Source: Takakia lepidozioides (Eukaryota > Plantae > Bryophyta). Taken from it: 64,000 nucleotides of DNA. Positions 49,560 to 62,629 of this stretch are shown piece by piece. The number at the start of each line of letters is the position of its first letter. Position 1 is the first letter of the stretch. The position numbers and the translations under genes are program-made. Below the pieces are notes generated by a model that was given only the letters and a program-made list of their open reading frames with translations, did not search any database and had not been told where the DNA came from. Location: assembly GCA_030704615.1 (NCBI GenBank), contig CM060732.1, positions 72,292,001 to 72,356,000 on the forward strand, written 5' to 3'.

Positions 49560-51606
49560 GGCCCAGTGGAGTGGATATTGGGTGAAGATAAAGGAGGAAT
49601 GAAGCCCTTGATATACAGCAATCCCGAACACTGTCAGTGACACTGGTACTGTTGAGTGCAACCTATGTGGATTAAAGCTTTCTTATCGTTACGATCGGTT
49701 GCTCGCTTACCTCGGCTATATAGGTGTGAAGAGTGTTGGGGTGAAGCATCTATGCGGGTAAAAAGCCATTTTGCCTAGTGTGGAGGCAATATTCCAATGT
49801 CTTTAGATCTGGACATGACCTCTGAGCAGAACACTCCAACTTCGTGTCAGGATGCCCCGATTAGTACCCATGACGACTCTTGTGAGGCTTCGGGTGTCCT
49901 TGGACAAGTGGGTTGTGCCGGAACAACACCTGCTTCAACACCTCTTTGTACCCCTACACTTCAACGGAGTAGAGAATTACGGCAGCAATCTATGCAGGAA
50001 GGTCTTAACTTGTCTGCGAAAAGACAGTTGGATAAAAAATGGACGTAGTTTTTCTTCGAGGCCAACATACCATTTAATGTAGCAAAGCTTCTGGCATTTG
50101 TTAATGTCGTTAGAGCAACCTCGGAGTCCAGATCCACGTACGTGCCTCCGACTTATCACAATCTCCGCACAAGATTACTAGAAGACGTCATGACCGAGCT
50201 TACCCAAAATGTCAACGACAGGATGGGCGAGTGCATCAGAAAATATGGAAGCACTATATGTGCCGATGGTTGGAGTTCTCTTACAAACAAACCGTTGTTC
50301 AATGTCATGCTCGTATGTCCTGCTGGGGAACAATTCTTGGGATTGGTCGACACTAGCGGCGAGAAAAAATATGGACATTATCATTGTCAACTACTGACGG
50401 ACTTCATCGAACAGGTCGAAAATGATAGAATCGTGCAAATATGCACAGACAATGCCGCTAACATGAGAAACACTACAGACATGTTGTTGGCACGTTATCC
50501 CCATATGTACTATCAAGGTTGTGCTGCTCATATCCTTGACCTCATTTTGGAAGATTGGGAAAAAGAACAGTGGGAGAAACAACTTGTCAAGCGAGCGAAG
50601 ACTGTTGTGTCGTTCATCCGCATACACTACATCCTTTTGCCAATATATAGGAGGCACAAACCCAAATACAGCCTCCGCAATCCAGGCGAAACTCGTTTTG
50701 CCACTAACTTCTTGATGGTGGATCGGTTGGTAACGGTGAAGAGCAGTCTGGAGCACATCATCATCGATCTTCAATGGGATGCGTGCACGGACATTGCGAG
50801 ACTCCAGAAAAGCCAAGTCGAAAAGTCGAAAAGTTCAAAATAGTATTCGCAGCAATGATTTCTGGAAGAAATGTGAAAACTTTTATATGGTAGAGCCGGT
50901 GTTAATCGTCTTGCGGGAGTTTGATGGAAAACAACCAGTAATGGGCAAGACATGGTTACTAATGCAAAATCTTGAGAAGCACGTCCAATCTTTAAGGCAT
51001 CCTCCCTTCTCCTTGGAACCTGAACTTGCGGACAGTGCTAAGGATGCATTTTACGACCGTCGTTCGATGGTTTGAACGGATTTGCATTATGCGGGGGCTT
51101 TGCTCAATCCATTCTTGCTCGACAATACTATACTCCGAGACGACGCTGATGCCAAGGCCGGCCTCGTGCGAGTGCTCATGCGACTAGCTGCGCCGAACAT
51201 GACAGAGATACTTATATCCGAGTATCAATGCTTCTCAGATCGTCGCGACCCTTTTGATGACATGTCGGATCCAAAAGAGCTCAATATGTTGCCACATGAA
51301 TGGTGGGATCTGATTGGAGCTGGAGCAAGAACATTGGCTCCCATTGCGAAGCATATTCTTTCTCAAGTGTGCTCTGCCTCATCTTGCGAATGCAATTGGA
51401 GCAGTTACTCATTTGTTCACAACAAGATTCGCAACAGGTTGAATCTCGCGAGGGCTGACAAATTGGTATATGTGTATACTAATTGCCGACTGCTACGTGA
51501 GAGGGCAGCGGTTGTACCTGCAGCATGGTATGAGAGGAATTTGCATTCCGAAAACTCTGCTTCTGAGGTAAATTCGATGAGTGACGATACAGAGCTTCAG
51601 AGATAA
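49560..51606 (+). pseudogene. hAT transposase pseudogene (degenerate BED finger, DUF659, hATC dimerisation domain)
   Basis: FFEANIPFNVA, PPTYHNLR, ICADGWSS, VQICTDNAANM, CAAHILDLILED, TRFATNF, HYAGALLNP, EWW, ILSQVCSASSCECNWSSYSFVHNKIRNRL...LVYVYTN. Stops at ~50046 and ~51073; frameshift at ~50830. Confidence 0.9.
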
Positions 51607-53039
51607 TCATCTCAGAGGGAATCATCTGCCTCCGATAGTGAAGATGGATCCGATGATACTCCCGAAAATGCGTATGACCCGTTTACATTCATAGATGATG
51701 ATGTTTATATCCAACCGACCTTTGATGACCTTCTTGAATAAGTGCATATTGCAGATGAAGGTGAAGCTGCAATTGTGTCATCCCCAGAACATGGTCTTCA
51801 AAATGAAGTTGAGGTCAACCCTCGCCCCCCACTACACGATGAAGCCACCGGTAGTGCCCCAATGGAGCTTAGAGGTGATGAACTTCCAGGACCGAGCGAC
51901 GTACGCAACCCTGTTCATACAAACGATGGTGTCGAACCCATTGTACAGTCGACGGGATGAGATCATGCCTCACCAATACGACCATCTCCACCACAATGCC
52001 AAAACCAATCCAGCTCCCCATCAACACAACGGACATTAAGGAGCAACAGGGTTGATATGTTTTCCACACGCACGCATCATTCTGCTGCATTGGACTAGGC
52101 GGAAGTTGAAACCTCGGATGATGACAACCTGCCACTACAATTCTACCTTAACCGACGTGTTGCGCAGCAGATCCGTGGTTCCTCACATGCCGGACCATCT
52201 AATGTCGGTTCATCTCGGGCAGACCCCCCTCCGGTCCCTCCTTCAAGACCACCTTCGATTGCGTCCTAAGTCCATAAACAACAAAGAACAGTCCAACCTT
52301 TTGTAGACGATCGGAACACAAACAGGCCAGATACCGTGGATGGTATTCAAGACCGGAGTGGGAGTCGACCTCAGAGAGAACTAAATGTGGTTCGAGGTCG
52401 CTTGCAAATTCAAAGGCCTGGACATATGACGTCGGATAGGGAGGACGATTTCAGCACTGATCATGGCAATGGTGGTGAAGTCGATGTTGACCCGGATTTT
52501 CAACCCATCGGAGCATTAGGATTAGGATTTTCTTCGTCTCGCCGTCGAAGCAGTAGAAGGAATTGAAGCAAAACAGCTGTAGGCATACATCAGCACATTT
52601 TTAGTGGACATGTTTACATTTCTGTAGTGAAGTAATACCAGTGTGATCATTGTCACTATGCGTGTTTGTATTATTGTTGTGTATGTGTTGGAAAATAAAA
52701 GATGTTGCCCATGTGTATACCAGCCAAAATGTCGGCCAAATGCCCTGTCCACTTGCTCATTTTGTGTTGGTATTTGCTTGTGTAATTGAGAACTTGTGCC
52801 ATGTTTTTCAATTCTACATTCATTTTTTATTTTAAATTGTCGCGACCTCATCCCTCACTACACTTCACTTGCCGTACGCATTTGTTTTTTATTTCTTTGT
52901 AATACAAGTGAACGCGATGTAATAGCGATCTCTTTTGTTTCTTCCTTCGTAGAATTACTGGCGGTTGCTTTACTTTCTATTTTTTTTTCTTTTTTCTGAA
53001 GATCCAGCGACCGCCAAACAAGCTGCGGTCGGGTTTTTT

Positions 53040-56031
53040 GTGCTGAGATGTGTTCCCACCTTCACGGGCCAAACGGTTGGAGGAGATGGCTTCATCACTA
53101 CGGAAGGACGCACAGTTCCATGCACACATCTGGCACAATCATCTGCGCAGAACCAGAAACTTGTGGTTCTTGGCTTCTGTTGACCGTATGGACGCATCAA
53201 GCCGTGAAAGTCGGAGCGCAGGAGTTCGGGCACCACCTCTGGATATAGATGAAGTGCACTTCTCGAACTAGTTGCCGGATCGCTGTACATTTACACGAGA
53301 CCCGACACTTGTGCGTTCTATGTGCCAACGTGGTCGGGGCATGCGGACTCAAGCACATCAAGGGGGTTGTTTTCTCTCCTGCACCCATTTCAGTGGCACG
53401 GTTTGATGCTGGAGCTTGCCGTCGTGTTGGAGGTTCCTCCACAATGGAGGTTCCGGACCGGAGCTGTCATGCAGGGGAACACGAGGCTTCGAGAAGTTAT
53501 CACGGTCTGCCCTGTGGGAATCTGAATCCGAACCAGGTGGAGTGTTCAATTTCCTCTTACAGGAGCCGAATCTCTCCTCCCCTTCAAGATGTGGAACTCT
53601 AGAAACAAGTGGCGTTCCCTGGGCATACATGCTCACCGCCCGTGCTATCTTGATTGGATCCCCAGATCTGTTTGCAGCACGCAACATCAACTCCGTTTGT
53701 CCGGACCCTTGCCACCAACCCCACCTCGTAAGAAATCACGGTATCGGGTTTGTTGTTGCAAGGCACGTATCAAATCATCTGTTGTTGCCACATACAAATC
53801 CCGACCTCGTTTCCCAGACTGCTGCAACCATGCATTGTGCACAGTTTCTGCCAAATTGCAAGATGGCATGTCTGCCATTTCCTCAATGGACATGTTCTGC
53901 AAAGAGGATAACCACACTTCAGAATAGTGCACAGGAAACAACATAAAGAAAGCAATGAGTCAAAAATATGGAAGCAAATGTATGAATAAAGCATGAAATA
54001 GAAGCTCGTACCATTGTCATGGCTGCTCCCCACTGTCTATACCGGAAGTGCCAAAACGCCAGCCAATCTTCCAATGCTCTCATACTCTCAAGTGATGCAG
54101 CTCCAGAAGAGAACCACCAGGCACGAATTGTCTGGAACAAAGTGTCCGCCTCCTTCATTGTTCTAGCATCTTTGTACTCTTTGCACAATTTACGGTGCTG
54201 AGTCTGCATCTCTGGTTTGATGTCCGACTTTGTATGTTTTTCCAGAGATTGTGTCCAATGGAATAGACATGTACGCTCTCTTCCTGGCATAGGCACTTTT
54301 GGGTCGCCCGATCCGAAGACAATACGAATAGCATTGAAATTTGCTTGAGCACTATCCGCCATGAAACCTGCGAAATTTGAGATGGCAGCCCCATGCAGCC
54401 CATGACACGTATCAGGGAATTCCACATGAGCTTCTGGGATTCCGTATCCTCCTCGATTGCATGTCACAAACTGCAATTGTCATAACTCGTTGGTACACTG
54501 GATCGTAGACATGACAAGCCATTGTCGTCCAATCCTTCACTCGTTTCACATGATCAACATAAGAAAACAGTTCTGCAAGTCCCCAGTCTTCTGCATCCGC
54601 TTCACGAGGCTAACCCCACTGCCCTCCCCAACAGTCGACATTTTGAAAAGAAAAACTTTGATGGCACCTTGACCTGGGAATACATTGTCCTGGATGTAAT
54701 CGTACTTGCTCAGTCGTTTCAATTCCAAAATATTGTCTATGTAGCCTCTGATCCCAGAGCCCATTCTCAATGCATTGATCTGATGCCGAATGTTAGGTGA
54801 ACTTAAAGTGGAGAAATGATCCATGACCAGGTCCAATGCTGCACACGTCAAGTTTAGTCCCCACAGAATCTCCTTCACTCAAAATATGGCTTTCCAAGAA
54901 GGACTTGCTTGCGCCAAGAGCAATTGCAGATGTTGTTGCGGATGGGTTTCTCCCGAACTCCTGTTTGATCAACCTCGATACTGTCTCAACACTCTCCCTG
55001 TAATCCCCCTTCGAGACAGGATGGTTATGGAATCCAAAATGCACACAAGCTCTCGTCATTGTATTCAAACGGTGGACAACATAGTACATTCTTGCTCCGC
55101 AGAGCGCCAAGCAGGATGGCACAAGTTTGCAGAATTTGCAGACGAAAGTGTTTGCCGGTGGAGGGGCAGTCCCAGGCTGAAATGGATTCTCCGCCAGACC
55201 CTCCCATTCGCTTTGATTATGAACTCCAGACTGAAGAAAGTGTCTGCAATTCAAATTATCACACCTAAGGTGTCCATTGCAAACTGTCCTCCTGAAAACA
55301 AGCTTGTCATCATTCTGAATATTGGATGTTTTTGTTCTGCACCACGGGTGCCCGTCGTGTTTCTTGTCCATTCCATGCATCATGATTGTTACACCTCCAA
55401 CTCGCGGAGGAGGAGGCAGCTCGAATAGGATATCGCCATCAAAAGTCTCCGGCAAGAACTTCACAGGCACCTGCTTCAAAGATTCCCAATCAATTCCCCG
55501 CAACTCACTTTTGAATCCAGCCATTCCTCCCATCGCCCGCAATTTTGGAATGACACTACAAATCTCTTCTCTTCTTCATCAGCTTCTGCAACCACAGTAG
55601 GAAGGACTGGATTTGGAATTTCACTTATGTCATCATCGGAAGAATCCGAAAGCTCAACGATTGGAGTGGAGGAAGTCTGTTCTTTTTTCACCACCACCTC
55701 CCTCTTGTCTTCAACGACCGAAGCAGCAGTCCCGGGCGTCACATATGACCCAAGGGACTTTCGCCGAGGCTCTCCAAGTACTCTGTATCGACCAGGACGC
55801 ACTCTCCACTCTGCTGATATGAGCCGTCTCATCACGGTTTTGGAAAGAATATTTCACCAACTTCCCTTTCAGATCGTAAACCTCTTTCTCCAAAAAGATG
55901 GAGCCATTCTGCAGCTGAAAACGGGTAGCCAAGACATGTTCCAGAACAATTGCAAATCCATTGTCAAGGACTTCCTGGGAGAACGGCACTGGTTTGTCGT
56001 CTGAGAAGAACTCCGCTTCAGAGGAAGCCAT
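53040..56031 (-). pseudogene. Mutator-like DDE transposase with an N-terminal GCM-type (WRKY-GCM1 fold) zinc-binding domain; frameshifted
   Basis: GCM-like: DGHPWCRTKTSN...RRTVCNGHLRCDNLNC...CKFC...C..LCGARMYYV...CVHFGFHNHP. Catalytic-core pattern: (F)DHVKR ... FMADSAQAN ... TCLFHW (CxxH) ... CNLAETVH. One intron at ~54012-53920. Cys-rich tail FWFCADDCARC. Confidence 0.75.
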
Positions 56032-57264
56032 CTTCCTTCCTCGAGTATGTTTGTACCTTGCTATCGCAGATCTAGTGTAAATCGGTTACTTACTGCTGTC
56101 TCCAGAACACAGTTGAAGAATGAGCAGAGCATATGGCGGAGGAAGCTCAGATAACGACTGTGCATATTCTGTTATTCATTCCAGATATGCAGCCGTCCAT
56201 TTTAATTACTTTTCTTGTGGGCCCAGTGGTCAGAGAATCCATAGGGCAGTGTCGGCAACTGTTAAACCGTTAATCAGAACCTCATCAATAAACCCAATAA
56301 CAAAGCCGACTTCCTGGAAGCATGCCACAGGATCGAGAATGGGATTGCAGATTAAGTAAATGTATCTATATACTACTACCAATGATCATGCGCACCTGGA
56401 AAGTTCCAAATGTGCAACGAATGTGGGGTTTGGATAACAAGGATGACCGTGTATGATATTCCAAATTTGTCATCAAACTCTCGTTCATTTATATTTATTT
56501 GTTTAAGACTGCGCATCAATTTCTGGGATTCGCTGTTCTTTTTAAATATTGAACCAGTTATAATTTAGAACACGCCGTTTTGTTTTGGGCGGCACACGTC
56601 AGACATCCATAACTGAATACGAACAGCTGTACACCAATTGCTGGCATGTGCACTAATAACGAAACGACTATGTGTAACGGTCACGCGGGAGGGAATCCGA
56701 TGCTTCTAGAGACACGCAAGAACACAGGCAATCCCGCAAGAAATCGGGAGTCACTGCGTTTTTCTACTTTTCGCGCTTAGAGGGAGAGTGGTAGTCAAGC
56801 TGGAGAGGGTTCCTTCTAGAATACGAAAGAGAAGAAAGTCTCTTTATTTTACTTCCCTTAGAGAGAGACGCAGAGCAAGAGAGAAAATGACGAGGCGTCG
56901 TTTGTTGGAGAACACAGGGCCAAGGCAGCAGGTGAACGCGGAGACTGATTCACAAGAGCAGACGGAGACTGAGGCAGCGGCTGCGACACAGTCGGCGATA
57001 AGAGTGCGCCAGCCTGTGGAGGCAGAGATGAATCGCAGGGACACTGAAGAAGGTGGAAGCACGCGGAACGCCGAACCTGAAGAAGGTCAAGAAACCCTTG
57101 CGCAGACAGAAACTCCAGCAGATGTGAGAGGGAAGAGGAAAGCTGCAGAAGGGATCAAAGTTCAAAACCTAAGAAGGTGCCAGTAAGTTTTATCATATAG
57201 TCTGTGTGATTGCCTTTCAAGGAGTCCTTCCTCTTCCATTCTTTAGCAGGAACTACTGAATCGC

Positions 57265-57581
57265 GAGCGTCGTTAACGCCATTCGATTCTGCTCATGAGA
57301 TTTATGTACCTATGTGTTTGAAGAGAGAGTCTGCACTTACTATTCTCCCTAAACTACACTGAATGTCGTTGCCGCCAATCAGTTGCACATATATGTCATT
57401 ACACAACACCGATCCGGCAGGTTGTTATCTTTTGTGATTGTCGTTAACGCCGTTCGCTATCGCTCTCACTTTTTGTTTTGAATACGGCAGTCTCGGCTTT
57501 GCATGTGTAGATTGTGCTGAATTCTTTCACACCATTCATGGTGAGTTTCCTTGATACAGAGTGATGTCGTTACCGCCATTC
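57265..57581. repeat. Four degenerate copies of the 20-bp GAATGTCGTT.ACG(A/C)CATTC palindrome in intron 1 of the ParB-MTase gene
   Basis: Copies at 57265, 57361, 57436 and 57562. Confidence 0.7.
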
Positions 57582-59456
57582 ACTATTTGCAAATCACTTA
57601 GTCAGAACTGAATGGCATCGTGCAGAAAACTGTGAGGTCGAAGCCTACAGGATCAGAGGGGAAAGGATCTGGAGATGGGACGAGTCCGCAAAAAGCTCAG
57701 AGAATACAGATGAAGCAGATGAATCCGAAGTGCACTACCTTGACAAGGTGAAAGAACTCATGTCATTCCAGAAGGTAAACTCTCAGGAGGTTATAAGGGA
57801 CATGCTCGTATCTGGAGGGCGTCTGGACATACCTCTGTGCCGGATGATATCAATGCCTGTTGTGCGTCCACCTCTTTCCCATGACATAACAAAATTGGAG
57901 AGTGATTTTGTGCATGGATATAGACTTGGTGCACAAGTTTTTTATGTGTCACTGACGGATATAAATGGGAAAAGCACATTAGTTTCTCCAGAGATCAGTG
58001 ATAACTGGGATGAGTGCTGGAAAGATGCCAATGAGGAGTTCGAGCTGGGCCTCATGATGGGAAAGAACACCCAGCAATTTTGCAACCACATGTTCTACGT
58101 CTGGGACGGCAACCACCGATTGCTGGCATGGATGGGATACATTCAGAAACACCATTCGAAAGACAAAGACAAGCATGTTGCTGTGGAGGCAATGGTTTTG
58201 GATCCAGGAAACGACATCGCTAGGCTTCTTACAGCTATGCACGACGTGAACAAGTAAGTCATCCAGGAGATTTGATTCCCTCTGTAGTGTCTTGTTGATC
58301 CTCAAAAAAACAGTGTTAAGGAATGCAATGTTTTCAATGTTTTTGCAGATCGACAGAGAAATCGCATGTGACAACAAGCTTGGTTCACACACTATTCCGA
58401 ATTCAGAGGATTGGTCTGATGAAGCTGGATGATTTTCGGACAGTACTACCACCCAATATCATCAAGAAGTGCGAAACAGGAAGAGCTGCAGGCACTTGGT
58501 ATTCTTTGACACGAGAGGCGTTTCTGGAGTACATGTATGCGGTAAGCCCGAGTCTGTAATCTGTTTACTTTTCGAATACATGTTTAGAGTCCCTTCGGAG
58601 CTAATCACTACTTGAATGAATGCAGCAAGAACTGGCAGAGGCAGCTGAGAAGGGAAAATCCGAATATTACCGCACTACACCAGAGGAACTAAGGACATCA
58701 AAGGGTGTGGAAGCTGCAATAAAGAAGGAGTTTGAGATGCGAAGAACCAAATTGATGTCAGCCTTCGGAAAGCAGCTTAGAATAGTAGATCCTGGACTTG
58801 GTCCTGAGTTCCTTCAGCAGATCAAAACACACTATGACAAGCATGTGCATCCGGAGATGCAGCAGGAGAAATTGCACCGGCTGGCCATATCGATGGTCGA
58901 CCCACAAACAAAAATAAGGTGGCTGGAGATATGGAACTCAGATCAAACAGTAAAGGACTTGAATCAGTTCCCAAAGAGCACCATACAGCCTGGCACAAAG
59001 GTGGAAGGAATCAGTGATTTGGTGTTTGATAACTGGCTCCACAAGGCTACATTTTGGAGTCAGGTGTGTATTCGAACATGCTGTTTCTTCTCTTCAAGTA
59101 TGTGATGTGTTTTTCTTTTTTGCAATTCTGACAAATATACTATTTGCAGCTCGAAAAGCGCGCCGTCATTGTGCTGGATCAGACTTTGAAGGACCTGAAC
59201 ATTGCGATTGTTTCCCCTCCCCAAATGTCATTGGAGGCATACATAAGGAAGTGGAGAGGTCTCACCTGGAGATACTGTTTTTTCCGGGAGTTCTCCAAAG
59301 ATGGTAACATTTTACGGTCCAACGACTTTGACAGTCAGGTTGGAGGAGAGTGGGCCATGATGCGAGTTGTGTACAGGTGAAATGTCATACTTGAAACTCT
59401 ACTGTTTTTTTGGGAAAATTGTGGCTTCATATGGATTGCAATCTTAGATCCAGATT

Positions 59457-60173
59457 GAATGTCGTTGACGACATTCACTTCTTTGTCTGAGTCATTCTTA
59501 AGCGAGTATATGACACCTGGTTAGGATCTAAGGGTGCAATTATATTGTCCCTGATTAGAATTGATAATGTCCTTGAATGGCGTTGACGACATTCACATAC
59601 GGAGTTGTTGTGTGGTCCTCAAGGTTATTTAAATTTTTGTAATGTCCATAGAGGATACAATGAGGGTTGATCACTTCATTTTGCTGAATGTCAATGCAGA
59701 CATTCAGTTGTTCTGCATTGTTTTTTCCTCTTGCGATGAATATGGAGGCTTGATAAGCTCTGTTTTAAGAAATCCAAAGTGAATGTCGTTGACGACATTC
59801 ACAGCTGTGTCTGTATTATTCAAAACGACAAATTCAATTTTCATGGATTGGGGAGCTAAGTAATTGGTTTCTTTTTTGTATTTTTGTGAATGGCGTTGAC
59901 GCCATTCACATACAGTGATGTTGTGAGGTCCTCAGTGATAGGTTCGTTATGAATGTGCATTGAGTTTTCCTGGATGGTTCCTTACTCAATTTTTTTATTT
60001 CCATCCTGTGATTTTGCTTCATTTCAGTAATAATTTGGCTTCATTCTTGAATGTCGTTGACGACATTCACTTCTATGTCTGTGTCATTTCTAATCGCTTA
60101 TTGCATTCACCTGGATTAGGATGTATTTACAGTGTCATGGAATGGAATGTTCTGAATGGCGTTGACGACATTC
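59457..60173. repeat. Array of seven 20-bp palindromes GAATG(T/G)CGT-TG-ACG(A/C)CATTC in intron 5 of the ParB-MTase gene
   Basis: Copies at 59457, 59575, 59686 (variant), 59781, 59888, 60049 and 60154. Spacing 95-161 bp. Confidence 0.92.
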
Positions 60174-62629
60174 ATATCTGGAGCAGTAGTGTGGTCCTGA
60201 AAGGTCCTTGGAGCAGTTGTCAGAGCCATTTCAATCCATGTTTTATTCTTTCTGTTCTACTTGCATCTTACTCACTGAGCGCTTTTGTGGGTTGGGATTC
60301 ATCTCCTTTTTTCAGGTACACGAAATATGTGCTTATGGAAGGAAATCACCTGAGCGGAATTCCCGACTATCTTGACATGTGGTCGGACCTGCAAACGATC
60401 CAACCATGTATACTGCAGGGATATTGAAGGACTGGAGTCCTTCTCACTTCAGAGACTGTGGGTGGTACCTTGACTGCCCACCTGAGCACACGACCTTTCA
60501 AGAACAGCATATGAAATACTTGAACAATAACGCTGAGATGCTGGCGCCTTTGACTGACGAAGAGTATCAACGACATAGCAACCTTGGCTGCCAAGGAGCC
60601 TGATGCTCAGGGAACGCCGCAGAAGGGAAAGAAGGCGGGCCGCAAACCAAAGACAAGGCTGTTGATGTCATAGCCATCTCACCAGCAAAGCCAAAGGACA
60701 AAGACAAGTCCAAAGAGAAGGAAAAGGACAAGGGGAAGGAGAATGAAAAGGAGGAGAGTGGCAGGACTTAGTGCTGGAAGATATACCCGCACTCTTCAGT
60801 GCGTGTTCGTTCTGCCAAGCCACACCCTTCCCGTTCTGATTCAGCAGGAGAGATGAAAATTGTTAATGAGGGTTGGCTTTCGATGATGCAGAGTCGAAAG
60901 AGAGGATACACTGGGGTGCCATCCCCTACCTGGGACAATATAATCTCATTCCTCAATCTGGTGAGAATTCCAGTTTCTTTCCTTTTTCTCTGAATGTTTC
61001 GTTGGCAGTATTTCAGTCTCGTTCTTTGAAAACATTCTTGCCATCGTTCTTATAAAAAACATGTCTGTTGCAGGTGAGCACAGGTCCCACCTTCGTGTGC
61101 GGTGTGCAGAAAACTTATGCGGCCGACATTGTCATTCTCGACATCCCGGATGGCCAGGCTGTGCCAGAAGTTCTTCCAAAGGGCAAGACGCCAGGGTGGA
61201 ACAAATTCGAGGACAACTACTGGAGTTGGGTATTCGGGTTCTGTAACAATTTCCTCTCTGATGCAGGGACACTTCTGCTTTTTCAGTCATGTGACAATGA
61301 TAGTCGTCGGGCATTGGCATCATACCTCAAGTCTTCAGGGTTTGAAGTTTTGCGCACATGGAATTGTGTGAACAGCCTCTACCTTGTGAAAGGGGGTTTC
61401 CCTGGTCAGCTGGTATGCCGTCTGCCTTCTGCTTATGCTTTGATCATGAGTTTCAATTTTCTCTGCAGCTCCACTCTAGTAGAATGTTTTATGATCGACA
61501 CCGATCATCAACGATTCATGGTTTTTTGGTGTCAGAGTTCTGAATAGCCGATGTACACACTTCCACTTTAGATTGTGTTTACCACACTAACCTGCTATCT
61601 TTGGCAGACGAGGATGTTCGAGGCGATCTGCCTGCGGAGGATTCGCACATCAAAGACACCATCCTCCATCCGCAGCTTTGAGATTTCTGACCAGGGTTGT
61701 TTCGTCAACCCCCCCTATGAGCCCCATGTCGATGACATTTTGTACAACTTCATGCAGTCCAGTCAGACTCTGAAGAGACCAGATGGCACTCCCTGGAGAG
61801 GTGCAAAGGAAAAGTCACCAGCATTCATGCAAATACTGCTGGAGTCATGCAGCCACCGCTCTGCACGGGTGGTCGATCTTTCTGTGTCCACAGGTTCGTT
61901 TTCTCCCTTCCGAATTGGTTTCCTTTCAACAGTTTCATCTGCTTAAATCCCCTCCTCCAAACTGTTTATGTTCTCCTGTCTGGTGCAGGAGCAACTTACC
62001 ACGCATGCAAGGCAGGCGGAAGAAGCCTTTTTGGTATGGAGGGTGATTCTGACCTCTACAACACAGTGCTCCTCCCCTTTTGTCTGGCTCCACTTCAGGC
62101 ACACAGACTGATCGGATTCATATTCGAAATGATGACGATCCCGAAGATAAGCAGGTCGACAACGACTTTTCATGTGAGTAAGTGCTAAACCCTCTTTGGG
62201 AGTCATACTCAATTTCTCGATAACATCAAAGTTACAGTAATAACTTTTTCAGGCTGTCTTTCAGGAAAGGCAGCGGTGGATCTTCAGGAGATACAGTCAT
62301 TTCTGGCGAGTCTGTTTTCGACAGCCCCCTTTCCAATTTTCTGCTCCCTGTTTATGCCGAAGCAATGGCACTTCACGCGTCCGAGTCCCTATCCCCTGAC
62401 TTTTTAGTGGCCAGCCGTAGGTGTATCCAGCGTGGATCCGGTGTTCTAAAATACTTAGACTTAGATGCAGAGGAAGAGGGGATACATTGTACTGACTCTG
62501 AGTCAGACTGAACTGTATTCTTTTAATATTCATTTTCATATTATCTGGAAAACGTTGAATCCCCTTACTCTACCGTAGTTGTTCCTTTAGAACAAATAAT
62601 AATCACAGAATCAACTTTCGTTTAAATTG

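Larger units (their letters stand above)
48212..53040 (+). mobile_element. hAT transposon (DUF659-type transposase), right end truncated
   Basis: Left terminus CAGTGGCGG, then a subterminal palindrome array and a transposase remnant. One or two GCGACCGCC motifs reappear at 52960-53031, but no right TIR is seen. Confidence 0.8.
56887..62190 (+). pseudogene. Multi-exon gene: ParB/Sulfiredoxin-like domain fused to a beta-class DNA amino-methyltransferase (N4C/N6A)-like domain; frameshifted in this copy
   Basis: About 9 GT-AG exons (56887-57182, ~57626-58253, 58349-58541, ~58626-59063, 59150-59376, ~60316-60960, 61074-61412, 61608-61893, 61989-~62175). ParB motif FYVWDGNHRLLAW (58105-58119). MTase motifs in beta order: ADIVILDIPDG (61140-61151), FLSDAGTLLLF, PWRGAKEKSPAFMQILLE, VVDLSVSTGATYHAC, GRSLFGMEGD. 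Confidence 0.75.

Noticed and set aside
54823-55428. 201-aa plus-strand ORF
   Set aside because: Antisense shadow of the GCM-MULE transposase coding region.
59457-60173. CRISPR array
   Set aside because: The repeats are palindromic and regularly spaced, but the spacers are 75-140 bp and related to each other in alternation, the array lies in a spliceosomal intron, and no cas genes are present.
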